This document shows positions 13,491 through 24,678 of a stretch of 64,000 nt of DNA, piece after piece (the first letter of the stretch is position 1; each line of letters begins with the position of its first letter). Below the pieces are notes generated by a model. It was given only the letters and a program-made list of their open reading frames with translations. It ran no database searches and had not been told where the DNA came from. The position numbers and the translations under genes are program-made. This stretch comes from Eledone cirrhosa (taxonomy: Eukaryota): the NCBI GenBank assembly GCA_964016885.1, contig OZ024754.1, positions 6,758,001 to 6,822,000 of the forward strand, given 5' to 3'.

Positions 13491-13745
13491 CCTCTTCCTG
13501 CTTTTTCAAGCGTTAACCTAATATATTCCTTCCATATACTGTACCGATTGTGTTGTTATTTCCTTTTATCTTTTATATATATTTATATATGTGTGTGTGT
13601 GTGTATTTTTGTGTATGTGTGTGTATACAAATGACTTCTACAGGACTAGAACTGTTCCATTCACATGGTATTTTTGGTGATTTCATACGAATGAAACAGT
13701 TCTAGTCCTGTAGAGACATTTCTATATATAAAATTATATATATAT

Positions 13746-14308
13746 ATCTGAGTGAGTTTCTTGGTCAGTGTCCAAGTCTCAGACCCGTACAGCAGCACAG
13801 ACTCCACTACAGCAATGAAGAGGCGGATTTTTAGGTCTCTACGAAGGTCCGACTTCCACACCGATCTCAAGCTGTGGCACGCCGCCCAGGCTTTGCTCTT
13901 CCTCTCAACCACATCTGAGACTTGGACACTGACCAAGAAACTCACTCAGATGGTGGATGGGTGCTACACGAGAATGTTGAGGATGGCTCTGAACATTAAT
14001 CAGTATACACTGAGGATGAAAAACTCAGAGCTGTATGGGAGCTTCCCAAATGTCAGCTCAAAAGTGACAGAGAGGAGACTGAGGTTAGCTGGACATGTTC
14101 ACCGACATCCAGAGTTGACATTGCACTCAGTGCTCCTGTGGGAGCCCCTACATGGACACACTGGAAGAGGAAGACCAAGGTTAACGTATGTTGATGCCCT
14201 AAGGACAGACACTGGTCTGTTGGAGACGCAGGACATGGCATCGATAATGAGGGCCAGAGACCGCTGGAGAGAACTCATCCATGGATCTCGGGAATTTTAC
14301 CCGCCCTA

Positions 14309-14309
<1 letters not shown>
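13746..14309 (+). mobile_element. Non-LTR retrotransposon (RTE-like) 3' fragment with 5' inversion
   Basis: RT C-terminal peptide LLYGSETWTLTKK...RRLRLAGH...GRGRPRLTY; segment 13746-13913 is inverted. Confidence 0.88.
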
Positions 14310-14366
<57 letters not shown>

Positions 14367-14418
14367 ATAATAATAAATTTGAAGCGATTCTTTGCTTAAA
14401 CTTTAATCTGTTATTTTA

Positions 14419-14484
<66 letters not shown>

Positions 14485-14664
14485 GAAATGTTCATGGTTG
14501 GTTAAGTTTGCCTTTCAACCTTACGGGGTCGATAAAATAAAGTACCAGTAACACACTGGGGTCGATTAAATCGACTCCCCCACCCCACCCCACCCCCAAA
14601 AAAATTACTACCCTTGTGCCTATAAATCATTATTATTGTTGTTATTTGTGTGTTTGTCATTTAG

Positions 14665-14734
14665 GCTATTGCGTGGACAAATCCCTTCTTGAAATCACCT
14701 GTGAGGAATATAGGATTAGACAAGATGGAAAATG
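14665..14734 (+). CDS. LMNTD1: LMNTD1-like exon (AIAWTNPFLKSPVRNIGLDKMEN)
   Basis: AIAW continues the PNG(K/Q)AIAW motif of LMNTD1; ttag acceptor, G|gtaaga donor. Confidence 0.85.
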
Positions 14735-15639
14735 GTAAGAGAATACATTATTTTTTTTAATCTGGCCGAGTATCACTCGCAAATAAGAAGAACCAGGGCC
14801 ACCCCTAGGAGCATTGGATTTAGTGTACTTCATATTTGTTTCGGTTGCTGAATACAATCAGGGGTCGCTGCTTTTCCTGAAGGTCAATAGTTCTCTTCTA
14901 ACTTGAGCGGGAGCACCTTTCCATTGTCAATTTGCATTGATCATCTGCAAAGCCGCATTATTCTCAGAACCACTTCACCAGTCTTTCGGTGCGTGCAGCT
15001 GGAACTACTTTGGGAGGATTTGGGAGGATCGCAACTCATTTCTACAGCTGAGTAAACTGGAGCAACGTGAAATAAAGTGTCTTGCTCAAGGACACAACAC
15101 ATCACCCGGTCCGAGAATCGAAATCACAACCTTTCGCTTGCAAGCCCACTGCTCTAACCACTAAGCCATGCGCCTTTACATTAAATTTGTCATATATTCC
15201 TAATTTTTCTGGGGGTTTTTCTATTCTCTGTTTTATTTTTTACCCCCTTTAAGTTAGTTAAAGGAGATGAAGCAATGCTCCAAAACGTTTGGGGCACCTC
15301 TTCGCCCCACAATGGTGTGATAGATGCAGATGCTGCTCAGCCTATTTGTAGATTAATTGTTTCTACTTTTGGCACAAGGCCAGCAATAATCACAGTGTAT
15401 TACTTTATCGACCCCGTAAGGATGAAAGGCAAAGTTAATTTCGGTTCGGCGGGATTTGAACTCAGACCATAAAGGGCCGTAACTTTTTGCTGCAAAGCAT
15501 CGCGTCTAACCTTCTTGTGGTTTGATGACTGCACAATTCTATTGATAGTCCACGGGTCTAAGTTATTTCTTATATCAGTGGCTATGGAAGTTCTTAACAA
15601 TTTGAAACCAGTTTCATTGTTCATTGACCAGTAATTCTA

Positions 15640-16350
15640 AATACTGTAATTTTGAATCCTGCAATTCTAAACGCTGTAATGGTGCAATACTACATGCTGC
15701 AGTTCTACATGATGCTAACCTGCAATTATAAAATCTGCAATGGCGCAATAGGAAATACTGTAATGGTAGAATATTAAAATCTGCAATACTAAATACTGCA
15801 ATTGTGCAATACTAAATACTGCAATGGTGCAATACTAAAATCTGCAATGGTGTAATACTAAATAATATAACGCTGCAATATTAAAATCTGCAATACTAAA
15901 TACTGCAATGGTGCAATACTAAATACTGCAATGGTGCAATACTAAATACTGCAATGGTGCAATACTAAAATCTGCAATGGTGTAATACTAAATAATATAA
16001 CGCTGCAATATTAAAATCTGCAATACTAAATACTAAATACTGCAATGGTGCAATACTAAAATCTGCAATGGTGTAATACTAAATAATATAACACTGCAAT
16101 ATTAAAATCTGCAATACTAAATACTAAATACTGCAATGGTGCAATACTAAAATCTGCAATGGTGTAATACTAAATAATATAACGCTGCAATATTAAAATC
16201 TGCAATACTAAATATTGCAATGGTGCAATACTAAAATCTGCAATAGTGCAATACTAAATCTGCAATAGTGCAATACTAAATCTGCAATGGTGCAATACTA
16301 AAATCTGCAATGGTGCAATACTAAAATCTGCAATGGTGTGATTCTGCAAT
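15640..16350. repeat. Complex ctgcaat-based satellite (13/23-bp subunits)
   Basis: Variants of ctgcaatggtgcaatactaaa(a)t. Confidence 0.9.
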
Positions 16351-16458
16351 GCAGCAATCCTACATGCCTTTCAAAAGACATGACATGAGCACCAGACTTC
16401 AGGTTACCTTAAAATTGCTTTATATCTGATTAAGAAATGTTTACGGTTCTTTTGCTAG

Positions 16459-16561
16459 CATCGGATTTTGTAGAAAGCCAAATTGCTGAACCCGAACCAC
16501 CAAAAGAGGAGACAAAGAGGAGACCAAAGAAACCTATTGAAAAAGACACATCAAATATTAG
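16459..16561 (+). CDS. LMNTD1: LMNTD1-like exon (ASDFVESQ...KRRPKKP...SNIR)
   Basis: Phase 1 to 2 exon, open frame, canonical sites; basic NLS-like patch. Confidence 0.65.
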
Positions 16562-16687
16562 GTAAAACAAGAGTGAGTTTGGTCCTCACCATTCTCCTCG
16601 CTTTTATTTCACTCCTCTAAGTCTTTCTTCGTGTTCCTCTTCCCCTACTTCCTTCCATTTCATGTCCACCACTCCTCCTTTCACATT

Positions 16688-16925
16688 TATCCCTCCTCAT
16701 CACATGATTCAACCATGTCATGACTTTCTTTTAACAGCATTCAATACTTGTCACTGTCATCCTTCCTCATCACATGATTCAACCATGTCATGACTTTCTT
16801 TTAACAGCATTCAATACTTGTCACTGTCATCCCTCCTCATCACATGATTCAACCATGTCATGACTTTCTTTTAACAGCATTCAATACTTGTCACTGTCAT
16901 CCTTCCTCATCACATGATTCAACCG
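16688..16925. repeat. 75-bp unit, ~3 copies
   Basis: cctcatcacatgattcaaccatgtcatgac... repeated. Confidence 0.9.
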
Positions 16926-16979
16926 TCTCATTACTTTCTTCTAACATCATTCATCACTTGCCATTATTCTCATCACTCC

Positions 16980-17642
16980 TTGGAATAAATTCTATAAAAT
17001 GTATACAATGCAAATCTTGGGTACACAAGAGATGTAGTGGGATAGCAGGCAAACTAACAGGCAGGGAAAACTACATATGCAGTAGATGTACAGGGAAATT
17101 TGACAGTAGAAGTCGCACTGATAGACATATTTTTCGAATGCAGGTAGGATCTATAAAGGTGGTTGATAGCTTTCGATACCTAGGTGATCAGATTAGTAAG
17201 GGAGGAGGGTGCTCCGAGGCCATAATTTCCAGAATAAGGACGGGTTGGAAGAAGTTTAGGGAGCTGCTTCCTCTGTTGCCAAAGAAGGGTTTCTCCCTAC
17301 GAATGAAAGGCCGGTTATATGTTGCCTGTGTGAGATGCGCGATGCTGCATGGTAGTGAGACATGGGCAGCAACTGTGGAGGATATGCGACGGCTGGAGAG
17401 AAATTAAGCAAGCATGCTCCGATGGGTGTGCAATGTCAATGTGCGTGAACGACCCAACATAGATGAGTTGAGAGAGAAACTGGGTATAAGAGGGATAGGC
17501 TGTAGTGTGCGGGAGAGAAGACTGCGATGGTATAGACATGTGATACACATGGAAGATAACCGTTGGGTAAAGAAGTGCCAAGAAATCCCACCCTTGCAAG
17601 CAGGGAAAAGCGGGCGTAAAATGATGATGATGATGATGATGA
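16980..17642 (+). mobile_element. RTE-clade LINE fragment (PHD-like Cys/His finger, FRYLG, HGSETW) with (GAT)n tail
   Basis: ORF peptides CIQCKSWVHKRC, FRYLGD, MLHGSETW and RRLRWY; in-frame stop at ~17405. Confidence 0.85.
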
Positions 17643-18097
17643 CTCTCACCCAGTCACTGTCATCCTTCCTCATCACATGATACAACCATCTCATTCCCTT
17701 TCTTTCAACAGCATTCATCACTTGCCATTATTCTCGGCACTGCTCTAAACCCAGTCACTGTCATCCTTCCTCAACATATGACCTAACCATCTCATTCCCT
17801 TTCTTTTAATATCATTTAACATTTACCATTATTCTCGTCACTATTCCTTTCATCCAGTCACTTTCATCCTTCCTCATCACATGACCTAACCATATCATTC
17901 CTCAGACACTTGTACCCATAACGTAATTCAGCGTGACACAGAATGTGACAAAGCCGATTCTTTGAATTACTGGTACAGTTCATCAACTGGGCTTCTGAAG
18001 AGTTTCTGCCTGCCCAATTTCACACATAGGGTATGGGTGGAGCTGAGGCTGTAGTAAACGACACTTGTTCATGTTGGTACGTCGTAGGATGGAACCC

Positions 18098-18395
18098 TGT
18101 CCCCCATCGCCGCCCCCAGGTCCTGTCTACTGATTCCCGTATCCCTAGAGATAACGTCAGGGAATTACAGCTTCCTACTCCTAGTCAGGCTGGAGTCAGG
18201 GTTCCAGAGCAAGAGAGCGGATATGATTTCATTGCTGGCACGGTGACAGTGGCCAGTAAATTGAGAGCTCTCCGGGATTTTAGAAGGGCAGAGGCGGCTC
18301 GAGGGAGTTTGCCATAGATTTTAGACAAGGTGGGAATTCTGGGGCATGAGAGTGAGATCCATCATCTCGACAGTAGTCGACGAATGATGATGATG
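18098..18395. mobile_element. Retroposed insertion with 12-bp TSD, nested in an older SINE
   Basis: aggatggaaccc at 18086-18097 and 18396-18407; (GAT)n tail. Confidence 0.7.
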
Positions 18396-19266
18396 AGGAT
18401 GGAACCCAGATTCTAATAATGGCAAAGCAAACTTCTTAACCATTCATCCATGGTCCGTACACAGAATAAATGTGTAGGTTTAAATGACTTGCCAGAAATA
18501 GGCAAGTACACTATGGATGTATGGTCCCATAACTCCTGATAGAGTCTTAGAGGTGCTGTATTGACATATGGCATTTCTTGGGCATTTTTAAGCCTGGTCT
18601 GAGTACAGCAGATTTCTTCCAGGGAAAGATAGAAAGTGAGAGAGAGAGAATGTATGTATGTATGATCCTGTAACTCCTGATAGTCGTAGGGGCAACATTA
18701 GGACATACAGCATTTCTTGGACATTTTAAAACCTGGCAGAGCCCATCCCTCTCCAGACCTGAGTACTGCAGATTTCTTCCAGAGAAAGATAGAAAGTGAG
18801 AGAGAGGAAATGAGAAAGAGATATAGAGGAAGAATCAACCCCAGTACTAGACTGGTACTTCTTTTATCGACCTCGAAAGGATGAAAGGCAAATTTGACCT
18901 CGGTGGGATTTGAACTCAGAGAATAGAAAGCCGGAACGATTACCATAAGGCATTCTCTGCCAATTCACCGCCTATGCTATAAGAATTACTAACTTACGTA
19001 AATACAAGGTCAGTAATTTGGGTAGAGGAGAAGTTGACATGTCGAGTGTTGGTCTCTAATTGGAGAGAAGGGTAAAGTTCTTTAAATCACCCCCCAATAA
19101 ATAACTGGTATATCATTTTATCGATCCCAAGAGGATTAAAGGTGAAATTGACATCGGTAAGATTTGAACTCAGAATATATATATATATATATTTTTAAAT
19201 GTAACAAACAGCGACTCTTCAACGTTTTTGCCAAAATGTTAACGCTGTCTGGATTTGAAATTACTT

Positions 19267-19503
19267 TAACCCTTTAACATTTAAACCGGCTGCCATATCC
19301 GGCCAGAATTCTCTCACCTCTTTCTGTTCAAACCGGCCGTAACCGGCTGCTCATACTGATGTTAAGGTATTGTTCTCAAAATAAATAATTACATCTTCAA
19401 AATCTCGTAGATTCGATATTATGTGAGATAATTATATGAAATAAAGTGTTTACAATGAAAATATAATACAATATATAGAGTAATGTAAATTCTAAAGGGT
19501 TAA
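19267..19503. mobile_element. piggyBac-type MITE ~240 bp (other copies ~1263-1464, 2439-2640, 34457-35182, 45256-45473, 49440-49655, 62048-62277, 62696-62926)
   Basis: TIRs CCCTTTAGCATTTA...TAAATGCTAAAGGG flanked by TTAA; 8 copies in the window. Confidence 0.8.
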
Positions 19504-19539
19504 AGCAATTGTTATATTTTTGTTTCCCACTTGAACCAG

Positions 19540-19703
19540 ACAACCTAAAAAGAAACCCATTTGGAAAGTCAACCACATTAAATTCCCCTACGGGTTCCCA
19601 CCTGGCCACGAATGCCATCCATGTTCAAATTTGAAGCGTTTAGACGCCACCAAATTAATTCCTTCCACTTTTCGGAATTCTTCAATATTTACACTTGTTT
19701 CAA
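19540..19703 (+). CDS. LMNTD1: LMNTD1-like exon (RQPKKKPIWKV...IFTLVS)
   Basis: Phase 2 to 1 exon, open frame, ccag acceptor, strong A|gtaagt donor. Confidence 0.65.
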
Positions 19704-20217
19704 GTAAGTAAATATTTCTAAAACTTTATTGCTGTCTAAAGCTCTTAGCAGGATAAGAATTGTTTCTACTTTTGGCACAAGGCCAGCAATTATCCCAGTG
19801 CATTACTGGTACTTTATTTTATCGACCCTGTAAGGAGGAAAGGCAAAGTTAACCTCCGCGGGATTTGAACTCAGACCGAAAAAGGACGTAACTCTATGCT
19901 TCAAAGAATGGCGTCCGACTGTCTACCGATACTGCCAAATACTATGAATTTATAGACCCGTAACTCAGGATAGACTCGTAGGGGGCATCGTACTAACATA
20001 CGAAGCGTCAAAATATGTATACACACTTCAGCATGGTGGTGTTGATGATGATAGGTATTAGTATGGGTGCTCTGAAATAGCGATGTATACATGAATGTAT
20101 GTATAGTATATTTAGCAATATACCGTATGTTTAATTTAAAACATTTAGAAGACCATTCGCTATTAGTTTTAAAGTCATGGCAATGTCACTTACTTATTTT
20201 CGGCGAAAGAAGGGAGA

Positions 20218-20262
20218 GTGGCCGACAGCTGTTTCTCGCTGCTTGGCGTTTATCAAAGCCAC
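20218..20262 (-). ncRNA. Degenerate type I hammerhead (core TTGATAA)
   Basis: Minus strand: gtggct TTGATAA acgc-caagca-gcga GAAA cagctg TC ggccac; all three stems kept, two core transitions. Confidence 0.65.
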
Positions 20263-20400
20263 ACACACACCTGCCTCTCCCAAAAATTATAGGAGCTGGA
20301 TTCTTATAGAATTCCAGGAATAATAAGGAGCAAAAATTAGGTATAAGTATTGGTGCTCTAAAATAGCGATGTATACATGAATGTATGTATAATATATTTG

Positions 20401-20477
<77 letters not shown>

Positions 20478-20667
20478 GTGGAACACTGGAAGGTAATATC
20501 CGTAGTGGTAGAGCACTCAGTGCAAGGGACGAGTTAGGTAGAAGTGGTTACACAACAGTTAGTTCACCATATCGAGAACAATTGTGTCACCTTAGGTGGA
20601 TCTGCTGAAGATCCGCTAAGGTGAAACAATTGTTCTCGGTATGGTGAACTAACTGTTGTGTAACCAC

Positions 20668-20719
<52 letters not shown>

Positions 20720-21176
20720 CAAAGGAATTGTGGTAAGGAACCAGATGGACCATAACGCACCAGAGTACTCAATACTTAGGGTAGTAGAGTGGGAAATAGG
20801 AAAAAGTATGACCCCAACGGCAGAGCTCAAGCCGCTTCGACGGCTATTTCTGGACTCCAAATAGCCGTCGAAACGGCTTGAGCTCTACCGTTGGGGGTCA
20901 TACTTTTTCCTATATATATATATCATCATCATCATCATCATCATCATCATTTTACGTCCGCTTTTCCCTGCTTGCAACGGTTGGACGGGTCCTTAAGGCA
21001 ACCTCTCTAGTGCGTGTGGCACGAAAAAAGCACCCAGTCCATGTTGTAAAGTGGTGCTGGTTTTAGGAAGGGCATCCAACGAGTATAATAAATGCCAAAA
21101 TTATGAGCACAACCCCCCCCCCAAAAAAATATATATATATATACACATACATATACATATATATATATATAAATAA

Positions 21177-21258
<82 letters not shown>

Positions 21259-21316
21259 TTAATAATAAATTTGAAGACTAAAATCCAAAGAGGGCTCGAT
21301 AAGGATAAATATATAT

Positions 21317-21397
<81 letters not shown>

Positions 21398-21601
21398 ATA
21401 AATAAACAACACAATATAATTATTCCATTACCCATTAACATCGGTAGGATTTGAACTCAGAATATATTTTTAAAAAAAAGATGGAACAAACAGCGACGTT
21501 GAGTAATGGAATAATTATATTGTCTTGTTTATTACATAATTAAATAGCTCTGTACAATACATAGAGCACTCTTTCCTTTACCTTTTCTACGAAAAAACTT
21601 A

Positions 21602-21633
<32 letters not shown>

Positions 21634-22002
21634 TTATATATAGTAATAGTAATAGTAATAAATGTGAAGACTAAAATCCGAAGAGGGCTCGATAAGGATA
21701 ATATACATATATAAAACCGCTCTAATAACTCCATTTATACCATAAACGTGTTTTGTTGTTTTTTTTGTCTTTGCGTGTAATTGTTCTCATTGTTCCACAT
21801 AACGACATATTATCCTCGCTTTTTTTTTCGTTCATTGCCAGGGAACGTCCTCACGAACCAAGGTATGGTCTTCTTGTTTTCCTTCGGTTGCAACGTTTTT
21901 CGAAATATTAACTTCTGCGTTCCCAAATTGATTTTCTTTTAGTTTCAGAAGATCCCGTTAAGGGTGAAAGCAGCGATTCTTTGCTTAAACTTTAATCTGT
22001 TA

Positions 22003-22039
<37 letters not shown>

Positions 22040-22061
<22 letters not shown>

Positions 22062-23530
22062 TTACTACTAAACTAATATATAACACTAATTAAATAGCTG
22101 ACAACAGTGTCCACAACACTAATTACTCCATTATATATTGCCTAAATCCCTATCTAGTTATTAATAATTTAACTCTCTTTACACAATCCGAATAAATAAG
22201 AATAACAAATAACCTTTATATATAATTGATAAATAATCAATAATAATTTATAATTTATAAATATTAATTTATAACACCATTTAATGAATGATAATTTTTA
22301 ATACATAATAAACAATAATTTAGAATAATAAAACAACCCTTCTTTTATTGTCAGCAGTTCTTATATTGCCAACCTTAATACTTCCTTAATTACCTCCCTT
22401 TATTATTAACTCCCCTTATGAATCTATCGTTCCTCTTGGTTTTTAAATTCATAACATTGAAACAATTTAACGACATTTTTACTGTCCGACTTCGTCTAAT
22501 AACCCTTAATAGAACTCGCACATAAATCAAAGTGAACTATTTCTTAATAGAACATTTAAAGATAGGAATGCATTGTATAATATATTCCCTATATTAACAT
22601 GGCTAGTAATACAGTGGAATTAATCTTTACTAAACACATATTTTTAAACTGTTCACATCTCAAACACATTACAACTAAAATTAAAAGCATTCCACGTACA
22701 GTGCATTTGCTTTACACCCAACATATACAGGAACTCTAATATAGAAATTCTTGAATGACAATAACCTATCTCATTTACTAACGTTTCTTGCATTATACAT
22801 TACACAACATTTATTCATGTTTATCATAACATATTTCTTTACCATAATAATGCCATTTTAACATCTTTAACACTTTTAACATGGTTTCACATTCTGTATG
22901 AAATATACTTGATTTATTAATTTTATAACTCTTACCTCATGCATTCCTTTATTAATTTTTGCATTATATATCCTTAATATTACCTTCTTTTCAATGTAAT
23001 GATATATTTTATCTATCTTCTCTAACACCTTTTTTGCTTGGTATCTTTTGCACATGTATTACCTTAAAGAATATCTTTGTATATAATACATATTTGTATA
23101 TAACACATATTACCTTAAAGAATATCTTTATATATAATATGCTCAATATTTCATTTTTCACCATTTTTCCTTATACTGTGATATCTGTAACATAATATCT
23201 TTTCGTAACTCCTGCTTTTCTATATGATGTCATTGACACTGTCAATAGCTATGTATCTTTATCAATGTTCTGAAGACTAGGATTATAATTACTTCTTTAA
23301 ACATTATGTATGCTCCGATGATTCCAGACATTCGTCTGGAAGAAACAATTGTCAGCAATTAAATGTATTAAACTAAAATTTGATTGTTTTATATGTTGTA
23401 TCTTGGCTCTGTAATACACTTGATAATTTACATTGAGCCTTTTTTCTCTTACCGGTAATTGGCTAGTGCTTAGTACTACAATCCAGATTTATAATTATAT
23501 ATAATTCATATATAAGTGTAAATATTATTA
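22040..23530 (+). mobile_element. Decayed AT-rich Penelope-like element remnant ending in an HHR-bearing terminal region
   Basis: Flanked by (TA)n on both sides; HHR at 23311; no intact ORF. Confidence 0.45.
23311..23357 (+). ncRNA. Type I hammerhead (core CCGATGA)
   Basis: tgct CCGATGA ttccagac-attc-gtctggaa GAAA caattg TC agca. Confidence 0.75.
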
Positions 23531-23531
23531 T

Positions 23532-23568
<37 letters not shown>

Positions 23569-23874
23569 GAAGGAAGTGTGGTAAGGAACTAGGTGGACCA
23601 TAACACACCAGAGTACTCGATACTTTGGGTAGTAGAGTGGGTAATAGGAAAATCGTCAGGACCCCGACGGCAGAGCTCAAGCCGTTTCGACAACTATTTC
23701 TGGACCCAGAAATAGCTGTCGAAACGGCTTGACCTCTGCCGTCGGGCTTCTGACTCTTTATACATATATATATATATACATATATGTACGTTCGTATAGG
23801 TAGGCGCGTAACTCTTGATGGGCACCTGGTACAGCGCATCCCTCTCTATGTCTGAACACTGTTTTCTTCTTAAA

Positions 23875-23940
<66 letters not shown>

Positions 23941-24316
23941 GAGAGAGAGAGAGAGAATCGATCACAATAAGGGACTGATATATCTTTTATCAACCTCGAA
24001 AGGATGAAAGGTAAAGTTAACAACAGTAGAATTTGAACTAGCACGTGTAGTGTGCATATTTATATTATATGCAAATATACATGCATGTAAATATATGTCA
24101 AATAAAATCGTAATTGACAATATGCACGGAAATTGAAGAGAGACTGTGTTACACTGTCTTCTGTAATCAGTAAAGTAATCGATGATATATTTTAAAAATA
24201 CGATATTATATATAAACTGCATTACGGTGAAATGTAATGAAACCTTATATAACGATACAAATATATGGATGTTTGTATAAGCAATGTAATAAGTGTTATG
24301 ATATAACGGACACTAA

Positions 24317-24325
24317 CCGGAAGTG
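24317..24325 (+). promoter_or_regulatory. ETS/GABPA-type motif CCGGAAGTG, possible promoter
   Basis: Exact motif in unique AT-rich DNA, 300 bp upstream of candidate exon 24629. Confidence 0.3.
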
Positions 24326-24628
24326 TAGACATTTGAAAATTTTTAAAGAAGTGAATCTTAAAATAAGCAATCATTATATATAAGAATATTTATGTTAAAT
24401 CAACAGCTACGAAATTTAGTGGATAAATAATGTTATATTCATTCATTATTTATTCATAGTAATCTAACTTATTTTACTAACGGGATAAAAAAAAATATAT
24501 TGGGGACGCAGTCCCGCACTCCTCCCTTTATTATAGTTATGATGATACCACACTGTTATAAATTAACAATATGCTCATTTATCTAACTATTTATTTATTT
24601 ACTTATATATTGATTTTTTTTTCATCAG

Positions 24629-24678
24629 AATATCGCATCAAGAACACAGCGGTTGAGTCGCATTTTCGTGAGGCCGAA
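24629..24678 (+). CDS. Candidate exon (KYRIKNTAVESHFREAE); LMNTD1-like 3' exon or exon of a separate transcript
   Basis: Strong ttttttttcatcag acceptor and GAA|gtaagt donor; phase compatible with the exon ending at 19703. Confidence 0.4.

Noticed and set aside
20149-20309. Phase-compatible last exon of the LMNTD1-like gene (ORF 20091-20309)
   Set aside because: It lies wholly inside a direct-repeat-bounded HHR element and has a poor pyrimidine tract; more likely a chance ORF, although exonisation is not excluded.
24533-24590. Box C/D snoRNA candidate (ATGATGA with atagtt/aactat terminal stem)
   Set aside because: Box D reads CTAA rather than CTGA, the candidate is short, and no rRNA complement was recognised.
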